This document shows, in pieces, positions 43,995 through 52,995 of a stretch of DNA of 64,000 bases (position 1 is its first letter; every line of letters begins with the position of its first letter). A program made the position numbers and the translations under genes. The notes under the pieces are model-generated. The model did no database searches. It had not been told where the DNA came from and worked only from the letters and a program-made list of their open reading frames with translations. The stretch lies in IMG/VR virus record IMGVR_UViG_3300042892_005180, positions 1 to 64,000 of that record; one strand, written 5' to 3'. The stretch is from a virus. Taxonomy: Duplodnaviria > Heunggongvirae > Uroviricota > Caudoviricetes.

Positions 43995-44163
43995 CGAAGA
44001 CGACATCGTGTTCCGCCTCCGTAAGCGGGCAGAAATCAGACGCCAGATTCCGAATCGGAGATCGGTGCAGGCGGGCGAGCCTGACCGGATTTCGGCCCTA
44101 CTTGAAGAGGCCGCAGACGAGATTGAAGCCCTCAGGGCCGGAGCCGTGGCCCCAACCGCATAG
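43978..44163 (+). CDS. small hypothetical protein
   Basis: 61-aa ORF of low certainty. Confidence 0.3.
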   Translation: MTLQTDEDDIVFRLRKRAEIRRQIPNRRSVQAGEPDRISALLEEAADEIEALRAGAVAPTA

Positions 44164-45472
44164 GAAGATCAAGCTGGCCAGGATGGACGGGGATTTTCTC
44201 TACGTCCGGGACCTCGATCTCGATCTCGTCGAAATAGCCGTCATCATCATCCAGCACCACCATCGCCGGGAAGGTTTTCTTCCCGATGAACTGGAGGGCG
44301 TCAAAGCGATGCTGGCCTTCGAGGATGTAGGGGCCGTTTGTGCTGTCGATCATCACGATCAGGGGATTGATCTCTCCGCTGGCGATGATCTGCGCGCCGA
44401 GGTTCTTGGTCCTCATAGTCGGCTGACCGGGGCCGCCGAACGCCGAGAAAGGAACCTCGCGGATGCCCGGCAAAACGATGTAGTCCTCAGCCGAGGCCGA
44501 GATCGAATCCGTGTTGGGAACTTCAGAACGGACCAAGAGATCGTCCACGTATTTTCCGGCTCGGGGGTATTCGTAGCGATTGCGACGGGGACCGAACGAA
44601 GCTTCCTTGACGGTCTTCTTCTTTTTCTTCGGAGCCTCGCCACGGCGAATCATCGGCACCTCGTAGATGCCCTTGTGACCGTTGGGGTCAAAGCCAGGAT
44701 GGGCGCCGCCTAGGGCGCCGGGAACGGCGGCGATTGAGGACGCGCAGGTGTTCTCCTTCATGACGTGGTAGCCCACGGCTGCGCCCGCACCGAACGCGGC
44801 AGCCTTGCCGAGGAAGCTACCCCAGTCCTTGGGCTTCTTGGCGTTATCGACTGTCAAACGAGCGGGCTCTTCGACATCAGTCTCTGGATTGTGTGCGCCC
44901 TTGATCTCCAAACGGCCGACACGGGCCGCCTTGGTGAGGAAGGGGAGGATTTCGGCGCGGGGATGATAGGTGCGCAGATACTGGAGGAGACGGGTGGTCG
45001 CCAGACGCCTCTCATGATGGCTGCATTCCGGCCAATCCATGACGAGACGACGGATAGCTTTCAGGGACGAATCCTTGATGCGCAGGGTCTGGTCGAGACG
45101 GACGAAGAAACGGCGGGTCTCGTGCTCCATGCCTTCGCCGTCCTGCATCTGCCGCATCCAGCGCATGAAGGGTTGCTCGGCGATGGATGGCCAAGCCTCT
45201 TCTTCGTCATCCGAATACAGAGAGGTAGTCAGGGCATGCAGGGCAACATAGAGATCGCTGCCATCGCTCCGCCACGCCCGGAAGTTTGCCGGGCGGATAG
45301 TGCGCTGGATATAGTAGCGACCCCATTCCTTGGTGGTTTCCTCATAGAGGGTGATGCGCAGGGCCATGAGGACAAGCAGGGTGGTCTCGGCGAGGGACTC
45401 AAAGTCCTCACGCGCCAAGGCGCGCGGAGACGGGAAGAGACGGCTCTCGCAGAGTTCCTGGATGATGCTCAT
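44132..45472 (-). CDS. large hypothetical protein with C-terminal ParB/Srx-like motif
   Basis: GPYILEGQHRFDALQFIG matches the DGxHR..A box. ATGA coupling with the upstream gene. Confidence 0.55.
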   Translation of the reverse strand: MSIIQELCESRLFPSPRALAREDFESLAETTLLVLMALRITLYEETTKEWGRYYIQRTIRPANFRAWRSDGSDLYVALHALTTSLYSDDEEEAWPSIAEQPFMRWMRQMQDGEGMEHETRRFFVRLDQTLRIKDSSLKAIRRLVMDWPECSHHERRLATTRLLQYLRTYHPRAEILPFLTKAARVGRLEIKGAHNPETDVEEPARLTVDNAKKPKDWGSFLGKAAAFGAGAAVGYHVMKENTCASSIAAVPGALGGAHPGFDPNGHKGIYEVPMIRRGEAPKKKKKTVKEASFGPRRNRYEYPRAGKYVDDLLVRSEVPNTDSISASAEDYIVLPGIREVPFSAFGGPGQPTMRTKNLGAQIIASGEINPLIVMIDSTNGPYILEGQHRFDALQFIGKKTFPAMVVLDDDDGYFDEIEIEVPDVEKIPVHPGQLDLPMRLGPRLRP

Positions 45473-46824
45473 TTCGTCGGCATCGACAGCATGGCTGCGC
45501 TCAACATCTTCTTGGCCATGTCGCCATCTTGGGGCATGTTTTTCAGAACGAAGTTGATGTCACCGTTAGACGAGCCAGCGGCGCGGTTGATGCGCTCGAT
45601 GTCTCGTTCGTCAACTCCGGCATCCTGGCACAGGGCGCGGAATTTCGTGATATCGAACGTCGTCTTCTTGGCGCCTTCATCGTCTTCCTGATCGGTGAAG
45701 CGGTTGCGGCTGCGGCTGGTGTCGCGCTGCGGCTTCTTTCGTGTCTGTTGCGCGCCGGGGTCGGTGAAATCGACCATGTCGTGCTTGATCATGTGTTGGG
45801 CGACGAGCTTGAAGACACGGTCCAACTGAACCTTGTCGAGTTTTTTGTTCCCGTAGTTCTCATTGAGGTGGTAGCTCACCACCGCCTTGACGAGACGGGC
45901 GTCGCGAACGTCGTTCTCGACGATGAACAGAGCCGCCGAGGTGACGCGCTCGAAGTGTTCGTTAAAGGCGTCGAGATCGGCATCCGTGATAGCCCCGAGT
46001 TGAGGGAATTTCTCCGTCATCCTGGTATCGTTTTTCAGGCGGCGGATGAAATCTACGGCGGACTTTTTGGAGTCGCCACCACTGGCGCGGGCGGAGGCCA
46101 GAATGTCGCGAATGGACGCCATGGCCTCTTCGGGCTCAACTTTCTTCGTGTAGAGTTGAGCCTTGAGTTGCGCGATAGCGGAATCGACTTCTTCTTTGGT
46201 CTTGGGCTGCACCTGATCGGGCATGTCTGCCAGCGGGTTCGCGTTGGCCGCGTCAGCCTTCTCGGCGTCCTGTGCGGCGCGCTTCTCGTCGGCATCCAGG
46301 GTTCCGGTTCCGCCTTGCGTGCCCTGCGAGCCTTGCGGCTGGACGGGAGAGAGGTCTTCGGGAGCTTCGGGCTGCTCGGTTGCGCCCGCAGGGGTTTCGG
46401 GCTCAGAGGCAGCGGCTACCGACTTCTCTTGGGCGGCGGCGTTGGCGTCAGCTTGTTGGTCCAGGTCTGCTCCGTTCGGAGCGACGTTGTCCTGACCTTC
46501 GTCTTCGGTGCCGTCGGTCTCGTCTTCGCCTTCACCGGCCTTGGCAGTTTCGCCGGTCGGGTTGCCGCTGGAATCGATTTCATAGTTGTAGGTGGTGCGC
46601 AGGTATTCGCCAATGGAATCAATGGTGTGCGGAACCCCACGCTGTCCGGTCCAACGAAGGAAGTCCTTCTTCAGCTTCGTGGCGGCGTTGAGGAGATCGA
46701 TGCGACCCTTGGCAGTCTGGTTGCCAAAGTAGGACATCGTCCCATCCTTGACCCGCTGCGCCATGTTGCTGACGGCAGAAGCGAACTCACCTTTTTCGTT
46801 CAGGATGTCAGATGTTTTGTCCAT
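45469..46824 (-). CDS. acidic low-complexity protein (451 aa)
   Basis: SD GGAGGGG upstream. Confidence 0.55.
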   Translation of the reverse strand: MDKTSDILNEKGEFASAVSNMAQRVKDGTMSYFGNQTAKGRIDLLNAATKLKKDFLRWTGQRGVPHTIDSIGEYLRTTYNYEIDSSGNPTGETAKAGEGEDETDGTEDEGQDNVAPNGADLDQQADANAAAQEKSVAAASEPETPAGATEQPEAPEDLSPVQPQGSQGTQGGTGTLDADEKRAAQDAEKADAANANPLADMPDQVQPKTKEEVDSAIAQLKAQLYTKKVEPEEAMASIRDILASARASGGDSKKSAVDFIRRLKNDTRMTEKFPQLGAITDADLDAFNEHFERVTSAALFIVENDVRDARLVKAVVSYHLNENYGNKKLDKVQLDRVFKLVAQHMIKHDMVDFTDPGAQQTRKKPQRDTSRSRNRFTDQEDDEGAKKTTFDITKFRALCQDAGVDERDIERINRAAGSSNGDINFVLKNMPQDGDMAKKMLSAAMLSMPTK

Positions 46825-47077
46825 TGTTTTTCTTCCCCTCCATCACGGTCTTGATGCCGCGAGAGAACTTTCTCTCGTCCCCAGAACGGGCAGCGTTGAA
46901 GAGCCGCTTGACGAGGTCGTCAGCGGTCTCCTCGTCGTAGGTTTCTTCGATCAGCTTACGGAGATGGCCGAAGCTGGCGATAACCTGCTGCGCACGCGTC
47001 TCGATGAAGTGATCGCGGGTTTTGTGCGGAACATAATCGCACAATTCCCCGATGATGCTTTTGAACTTACTATCCAA
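46808..47077 (-). CDS. hypothetical protein (TTG start)
   Basis: An ATAAATAA box lies about 45 nt upstream. Confidence 0.4.
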   Translation of the reverse strand: MDSKFKSIIGELCDYVPHKTRDHFIETRAQQVIASFGHLRKLIEETYDEETADDLVKRLFNAARSGDERKFSRGIKTVMEGKKNNGQNI

Positions 47078-47148
47078 GGTATAAGGCTCCCGGCGTGTTG
47101 CTGCCGATAGGTTATTTATCGCTCAGGGCCAGGAGCTAGACCTGTCCT

Positions 47149-48603
47149 TTACTGGTCGTCTCGAACGCGCTTCATGAGGTCCATCATGGTCTGACGGGTG
47201 CTTCCACCTTCTGGCACGGTGACGGGGGTCATGACCGGAATGCCACCCAGAGCCGACGTCCCCAATCCTGGAGTGACGCCAGCCTTCAGGGCATTCGCTA
47301 CCTGAGACGGAGCCGAACCCGGCGACATCTGCTGCATCTGGGCAGCCGTGAGATCGCTGATGCGGAGGTTGTCTTTGTCGAACGCGAGGTCGATCTTGGA
47401 GCCCACGGCGGAAGACGAACGTGTCTTCAGGAACTGGAGTTGATAGAGACCCTTCTCCTTCATGGTCGGCGAAGCGAAAATACCGAACACGTTGTCGGCG
47501 GTGTTGATCTTCGAGATGCCGCCAGCGATGTGGGAGTGATCGAACTCGGCCGCTTCAACGGATTGACGGTTCAACTGCGACGCGGTGACGAAGATGGTCT
47601 GGCTTTCACCAGCCAGTGCCCTGAGTTCTTCCGAGACATACTTGTCCTTGTTGAACGCGGAGTTGATGTCCACCTTGGTCGAGTTGGGATGCATGAGGTC
47701 GAGGTAATCGACGATGATCGCATCGACCTTGCGGCCGGTCTGGATTTCGTATTCCTTGACGTAAGCCCGCAGATCGTTCGTGGTCGTCCCGGCTTCCGGC
47801 ATCTTCTTGATGCGGAAGTCGCCTGCGCCTTTGCCTTTCTGGCGAACCGCGTAGCCGACAGCCTTGACGTTACCCAAGATGGACTTCGTGCTCATGCCCG
47901 AGGTCATGGCGTCGATGCGCATCGCGACGAGGTCTTCGGAGAGTTCGAGCGAGAAATAGATGACGTTCATGCCAGCCAGAGCCCAGTTCAAACCCAGGTT
48001 CTGAAGGAACAGGGATTTGCCCGAGCCGGAGCCGCCCGCGAACACATTCAGTGCTCCCTTGGTGAAACCGCCGTAGAGCTTGTCGTCGAGAGAGTTCCAG
48101 CCCGTTGAAACGAAATCGGAGCGGTCCTTGATGCGCTCCAGTCGGGTCACGGGGTCCTCGAAGTATGAGGTGCCCAGATCGCGCACGAGAGAGATGGTCG
48201 AGGCTTCCTTGAAGCGTTTCTCGATCTCGGCAGAGATACCCTTGGCGAGCAGATCAGGACCGTCGAGAATGACGGTTTCCATAGCCTTGTAGCGGCAGAA
48301 CTGCTCGATGTTCTCCAGATACCATTTCGAGTGTGACTCGTGGAGGTCGGAGAATTTCTCGATCTCGACGCCGCCGCTCATGGCTTTCAGTTGCTCCGGG
48401 GTGGGGAGCCGCTGATAGTCGTTTGCATACTCGATGATGCTCCGCACCACGGGGCGTAGCTTGGAGTCGAAGTAGTCAGCCTGAATGATATTCTGGCTCT
48501 GTGAAAAAGCTTGGGCATCGCTGATCATGAATGAGATCAGCACCTTCTGCATATCGTGATTATAGAGGTCTTGAATAGAAATTTGAGTATTGTTGTCTTG
48601 CAT
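47149..48603 (-). CDS. DnaB-family replicative helicase (T4 gp41-like)
   Basis: Walker A FAGGSGSGKS, DnaB-like H1/H2 motifs, 484 aa, adjacent to the primase. Confidence 0.85.
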   Translation of the reverse strand: MQDNNTQISIQDLYNHDMQKVLISFMISDAQAFSQSQNIIQADYFDSKLRPVVRSIIEYANDYQRLPTPEQLKAMSGGVEIEKFSDLHESHSKWYLENIEQFCRYKAMETVILDGPDLLAKGISAEIEKRFKEASTISLVRDLGTSYFEDPVTRLERIKDRSDFVSTGWNSLDDKLYGGFTKGALNVFAGGSGSGKSLFLQNLGLNWALAGMNVIYFSLELSEDLVAMRIDAMTSGMSTKSILGNVKAVGYAVRQKGKGAGDFRIKKMPEAGTTTNDLRAYVKEYEIQTGRKVDAIIVDYLDLMHPNSTKVDINSAFNKDKYVSEELRALAGESQTIFVTASQLNRQSVEAAEFDHSHIAGGISKINTADNVFGIFASPTMKEKGLYQLQFLKTRSSSAVGSKIDLAFDKDNLRISDLTAAQMQQMSPGSAPSQVANALKAGVTPGLGTSALGGIPVMTPVTVPEGGSTRQTMMDLMKRVRDDQ

Positions 48604-48650
48604 TTACTTTCCAATAGACCGGCCCATTCCGATCTTGTTTACGTCATTCG

Positions 48651-49721
48651 TTATCGGTTCATCAATTTCTGTTTTACTGCAATCGCAATAGGGTCATTGA
48701 CCGCTGTCTTCAGTATTGAGCACAGCGTATATAGCCGCCCGTAGCGGCGAACTGCTTCGGCGACGTCCTTGACGTCGTTGTCCCACCAGTTGGCTCCGTG
48801 GCCGTCATGAAGGGCCGGGAATGCGACTTTCCAGTTGTTCGCTTTCGCGATGGAGATGAGACGGCCACCGGCCTCGTCTCGGTCGGGGACCAAGATGATG
48901 TCCTTGCCAGCGGCCTTCAGCCAGTGGATTTGTTTCTCGTTGAGCTTGGCCCCGAGAGTTCCGACACCGTCGATGGCAATGGCGTCGAAGACTCCTTCGA
49001 CCACAATCAAGAAACGGCGGTCACGAAGATACATGACCCGGTTGTTGAACAGGTAGTCGGGCTGCACTTCACTGTGATAGCGTTTCGGGTTCTCTTTATC
49101 GACCGATCTGGCCGTCCAGCCCACGAGATCATCACCACGATAGAAGGGGATGATGACCCGACGATTCATCTCATCGTCGGCCGCGTGCGGGGTCCAGAAG
49201 AATTTCGAATTCGCCACGTCATCGCCGCGACTGAACAGGTATTCAATCACGTCGTGGAAATTGGGGTCTTCGCATCCGTCTTGGGCCCACGCCTGGAAAG
49301 ACCGTGCCCCCTTCGGGAGGTTGGTACGCGTGAACGCCACGGCCAGACTGGTCTGCTCGATGGTGGTCTCGCTGACGTCCATCAGGCGTTTGTATTGGAG
49401 GGCCCGCAGGTTGACCCGCTTGATGTCAGTGTCCGACATACCGACGCCCGCCATGAACTCGCGAATGTTGCGCGACAGGCCGTCGCCGGGTGCCCAGAGG
49501 GCGCGGAAGCCGCACCGGAAACAGAACACCCCGACGCCCGGCGTGTTGTTGATCACGCCGCATTTGTATTTCCGGTCGGGGGTAGGCTCGCCACGGGATA
49601 CGCACATCGGACAGCACACGTTAGTGAACGTGCCTGACCGGCGCGTCTTCCCGGCAATAGCCGACATGATGGCCGACCAAAGGAAGTCGTCGCCCACCAT
49701 CTGCTGAATATAGGTGTTCAT
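48651..49721 (-). CDS. DNA primase (zinc-ribbon plus TOPRIM; T4 gp61/T7 gp4-type)
   Basis: CPMC..CFRCGF zinc ribbon and a TOPRIM motif EGVFDAIAIDG...D-x-D. Confidence 0.8.
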   Translation of the reverse strand: MNTYIQQMVGDDFLWSAIMSAIAGKTRRSGTFTNVCCPMCVSRGEPTPDRKYKCGVINNTPGVGVFCFRCGFRALWAPGDGLSRNIREFMAGVGMSDTDIKRVNLRALQYKRLMDVSETTIEQTSLAVAFTRTNLPKGARSFQAWAQDGCEDPNFHDVIEYLFSRGDDVANSKFFWTPHAADDEMNRRVIIPFYRGDDLVGWTARSVDKENPKRYHSEVQPDYLFNNRVMYLRDRRFLIVVEGVFDAIAIDGVGTLGAKLNEKQIHWLKAAGKDIILVPDRDEAGGRLISIAKANNWKVAFPALHDGHGANWWDNDVKDVAEAVRRYGRLYTLCSILKTAVNDPIAIAVKQKLMNR

Positions 49722-49772
49722 AAAATCGTCTTCTTAATAGAAGGTGATCTTACGCGACTCCGGGGTTGGGAA

Positions 49773-50540
49773 TCAATTTCTGTATTGGATAACGTCGATG
49801 TCGCCAGAGACGGTTTCGACAATAAAACGAACCCAGAGGAGATTGCCCTCGAACGGCATGTGGACCAGTTCGGTGCTGTTGGTGAACTCGCGGCTCGTGA
49901 CATTGAACCATTCACCCGGAGAGCTTCCCGGTTGTTCGATTAGGCTGCCCTGAATAGTGACGCGGCCGGTGAAGTATTGGGTGGGGATAACCAGACTGTG
50001 TTGTCCCGAGACGTTGCCAACGCTGGCCGAGCCCGGATAGGCGCCGCTCTGGAGCTTGCCGCTGAGATTGATGAAGTCGTCGGTGGATATCGGAGTGGGC
50101 TCTGCCGGGCCTGGGATGGGCCCCTCAGCGACTTCAACGAGGCCGATGGCCTTGCGGTCGCGGTCGGTGTAGCAAGCGACCTGGACCCCATCAGAGCGGG
50201 TCTGGACCACGGTGTAGCGCAGCGTCTGGCTGGGGAACTTAGCCACGTCGTCGCCGGTCATGAACAAACGGGCGTGACCGTCCGGGGCACTGACTATCTG
50301 GAGATTTCGGGTCAAGAGAACGCGCTTCGTGGTCTGGTCTAGGATGTGAATGGTCACGGCCCCTTCTACGAGGGTCACTGCGCGACGGTCGATGTTCTTG
50401 AGAAAGAAATCGATTTCGTTATCGACATGACGATAGACTCGAAAGTCGGTTCTGTTGGCCGGGTAGTTCATAAGCGTGGCTCCTGTGCCCGTGGTCAACT
50501 CCACGACTTGCGGGATGCGATAGAGGTGAATGACAGACAT
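49773..50540 (-). CDS. hypothetical protein (255 aa)
   Basis: ATAAATATggcATG upstream. Confidence 0.5.
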   Translation of the reverse strand: MSVIHLYRIPQVVELTTGTGATLMNYPANRTDFRVYRHVDNEIDFFLKNIDRRAVTLVEGAVTIHILDQTTKRVLLTRNLQIVSAPDGHARLFMTGDDVAKFPSQTLRYTVVQTRSDGVQVACYTDRDRKAIGLVEVAEGPIPGPAEPTPISTDDFINLSGKLQSGAYPGSASVGNVSGQHSLVIPTQYFTGRVTIQGSLIEQPGSSPGEWFNVTSREFTNSTELVHMPFEGNLLWVRFIVETVSGDIDVIQYRN

Positions 50541-50555
50541 GCCATATTTATCTGG

Positions 50556-50584
50556 TTGACCGAACGAACCGGATTCGCTATTGT
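50556..50584 (+). promoter_or_regulatory. sigma70-like promoter TGGTTGACC-17-TATTGT for the lipoprotein gene
   Basis: Divergent from the minus-strand TAAATAT box at about 50545. Confidence 0.45.
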
Positions 50585-50609
50585 GAGTTGAACTTCTTGG
50601 GAGGCCTGT

Positions 50610-51029
50610 GTGTCACGTCCGATGTCAAAGCTGGCCTTCGTCGCCGCCGTCATTTCGCTTATCAGCGTCGCGGCCTGCGAACCCGCAGATGAGATCACAC
50701 CGCCGCTGGCTCCTGGCGCGAGAGACCTCACCAAGCTGGAAGACTTCCTGATCGTTCGCTACGACGCCAAGAGGGTTATTTTGGGCAGCCCGCAGACGTG
50801 TACTGCCGCCAATCAGATGACGCGGGACGGCTATACGTTCACGGTCTCGACCGTCTCGGGCAAGGTGTTCACCGGAGTGGGCTGCCACACGAACAACTCG
50901 CCGAACTGGGAAGTCTGGCTCGACGCCGGGCCCATTCTGATCGAGAACTCCATCTCCCCGGTCCCACGCCCGGCACCCGTGGCTGCTCCGGCACCCGTGG
51001 CACCGGCACCGGCAGCCCCAGCCGCCTGA
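50610..51029 (+). CDS. lipoprotein, Pro/Ala-rich C-terminus
   Basis: SD GGGAGG. Signal peptide plus lipobox VAAC. GTG start or ATG at 50622. Confidence 0.55.
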   Translation: MSRPMSKLAFVAAVISLISVAACEPADEITPPLAPGARDLTKLEDFLIVRYDAKRVILGSPQTCTAANQMTRDGYTFTVSTVSGKVFTGVGCHTNNSPNWEVWLDAGPILIENSISPVPRPAPVAAPAPVAPAPAAPAA

Positions 51030-51875
51030 TTACATCACCAGGATTTTGCCAACGGCTCTGTGGAGGAGTTGGTTGAACTGCTCCTCCAGATACTCCGCGC
51101 AATCCGTGAGGCTCTGGTTGTAGTATTCGACGTCAAACTCGCTACCCTTGAGAGACAGATGCGACCGGCCCGACTTGATATGTGCGGGCAAGGGATTGAA
51201 TCGTACCCGACCAGTGGTGATGTATTGGGCGAAACACTCGTGAGTGAATTCCATCTCGTTGCGGATTTTTCCGTCACGGGCCGATTTGAACGTCCCGACT
51301 TTATGGAAGAGATTGACGAACAGACGATCTTGCTCCGCTGTGATACGAAAATCGTCTCGACTGCTCCCCAACTCAGGGAAGTTCTGATGGTAGAGCATGC
51401 GAATTACCATTGAGAACGTCTGAAGGATGTAACTGCGGGCCTCCTGGAAGTCCGGGAACTGGCGTTGCGACCCCCTCATGACACCGAAGTCGTAGCGGGA
51501 GAACGCGTGGCTGAGCCGGTGAGCCATAATCCAGCCCGTCATCGGCACACGTTGGTCTCCCTTGTTGTTCGTGAAGATCACGTTGATTGAGGAATCCGCA
51601 AGCTCAATCTCGGCCAGGGTCTTGGGCATATTGGTCTGAAGCCATTCGATGGTGACTGCGCCCTCTTCCATGAAGCGGTTGGCCTCCGGGCTGTTCACGA
51701 GCATGATGTTGAAGCTCACGGGGGTGTTGGACCACATGTTCTTGATTTTCTGCACGGCCTTCGGGTTCTGCAAGAGCTTACGGTCTTGCTCATGTCTGAA
51801 AGACGAATTGCGAGACCAGTCCCCGTAAAGGTTGAAGTCGTCGATGGGGGCTTCCATGAGTTCCAGTAGCAGCAT
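51030..51875 (-). CDS. Family-A paralog with leader-like N-terminus (MLLLELME AP..)
   Basis: CTAAATACggccATG upstream. The block INVIFTNNKGDQRVPMTGWIMAHRLSHAF is shared with the other paralogs. The tool N-extension to 52304 is rejected. Confidence 0.6.
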   Translation of the reverse strand: MLLLELMEAPIDDFNLYGDWSRNSSFRHEQDRKLLQNPKAVQKIKNMWSNTPVSFNIMLVNSPEANRFMEEGAVTIEWLQTNMPKTLAEIELADSSINVIFTNNKGDQRVPMTGWIMAHRLSHAFSRYDFGVMRGSQRQFPDFQEARSYILQTFSMVIRMLYHQNFPELGSSRDDFRITAEQDRLFVNLFHKVGTFKSARDGKIRNEMEFTHECFAQYITTGRVRFNPLPAHIKSGRSHLSLKGSEFDVEYYNQSLTDCAEYLEEQFNQLLHRAVGKILVM

Positions 51876-51941
51876 GGCCGTATTTAGTCGTTTGACCAAC
51901 GCGGGGCTGCTCGCTATGGTGGCGGCGCAAGGGAGCGAAAA

Positions 51942-52181
51942 ATGCACGCAGTCGAAATCCTCATGGCCGTGATCGCGGCGGTGGTCGTAGTCGGTATCTA
52001 CTATCTCCAGGTCGGCGTCGCATTCGCGTTTCTGATGGCCATCGTACAGTCCTACCAAGAGTCGAAAGCTGGCTGGCCTCGCCACCGAAGCCTCCGCACC
52101 GAGATCGGCCATCTGATCGCGGACCTGTTCCGCTGGACGTTCATGTGGCCCGCCTACATCTGGGCGATGATCAAGCGATGA
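51942..52181 (+). CDS. small membrane protein (79 aa)
   Basis: SD AAGGGAG. Two transmembrane segments. Confidence 0.5.
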   Translation: MHAVEILMAVIAAVVVVGIYYLQVGVAFAFLMAIVQSYQESKAGWPRHRSLRTEIGHLIADLFRWTFMWPAYIWAMIKR

Positions 52182-52741
52182 ACTGGGATTCCTTCGGAAA
52201 GGCCATATTTGGGAAAACTGCGGAGACTTCCCCCAAGGCTCCCAATGAACCCGAGACCACTGGTCCCCGTGTCCCTTCACCGACCAGCGCGCCGCCTCTG
52301 ACACTGAGGAATACGGCTGAGATGTGCCACGGCGAGCACGTCACCACGTATCAAGGCGGGACCATCTATGTTTGTCCGCATCGGGACGGCAGCGAAGAGA
52401 ACGTCGTCCTATCCATCCAGAGCCCCTACGGGCAACGCCACAACGCCGTCACGAGCTTGACGGCGCGGGAGTGCCGCAACCTCGCCGATTGGCTCCACGA
52501 AGCCGCCGAGGTGATCGAGACTGACCCTCTGAACATCAGCAATCGTAACACCGTCATTTGGACCCACGTCCCCACTTTCGCCATTCTGGCGGCTATAAAG
52601 GGCTGGTTCGCGAAACCGCCGCTTCATCATCTGACAAGGAAACAGATGATCGACATGATCGTTGAGAAACAGGCAGATCGCTACAGCGACTTCAGAAACA
52701 TGATGCGGGACGCCATCATAGCCAGCAGGGAAACGACATGA
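52178..52741 (+). CDS. hypothetical protein
   Basis: ATGA overlap with the previous gene. Confidence 0.45.
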   Translation: MNWDSFGKAIFGKTAETSPKAPNEPETTGPRVPSPTSAPPLTLRNTAEMCHGEHVTTYQGGTIYVCPHRDGSEENVVLSIQSPYGQRHNAVTSLTARECRNLADWLHEAAEVIETDPLNISNRNTVIWTHVPTFAILAAIKGWFAKPPLHHLTRKQMIDMIVEKQADRYSDFRNMMRDAIIASRETT

Positions 52742-52995
52742 GAAAGCCAGGACCGACGCCGGACACCACTATCGAAATGGTGGACCACGATGGCTCGACC
52801 TACATGCTGACATTCGACGCGGACGACAACCCGATTGAGGTTCAGGTCAAGCTCTATCGGGGCTCAAACCCGAACCGGGTTTTCTATGGCTACCGGCGAA
52901 CCTGGGCCATCGACGAGAAACTGACCCCGAAGGTCGAACTCATCCTCGCACAGGCTACGACTTGGTCCCCTGAGCCTGCTCGGCTGCGCGCTTAG
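52738..52995 (+). CDS. hypothetical protein
   Basis: ATGA overlap with the previous gene. Confidence 0.4.
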   Translation: MRKPGPTPDTTIEMVDHDGSTYMLTFDADDNPIEVQVKLYRGSNPNRVFYGYRRTWAIDEKLTPKVELILAQATTWSPEPARLRA

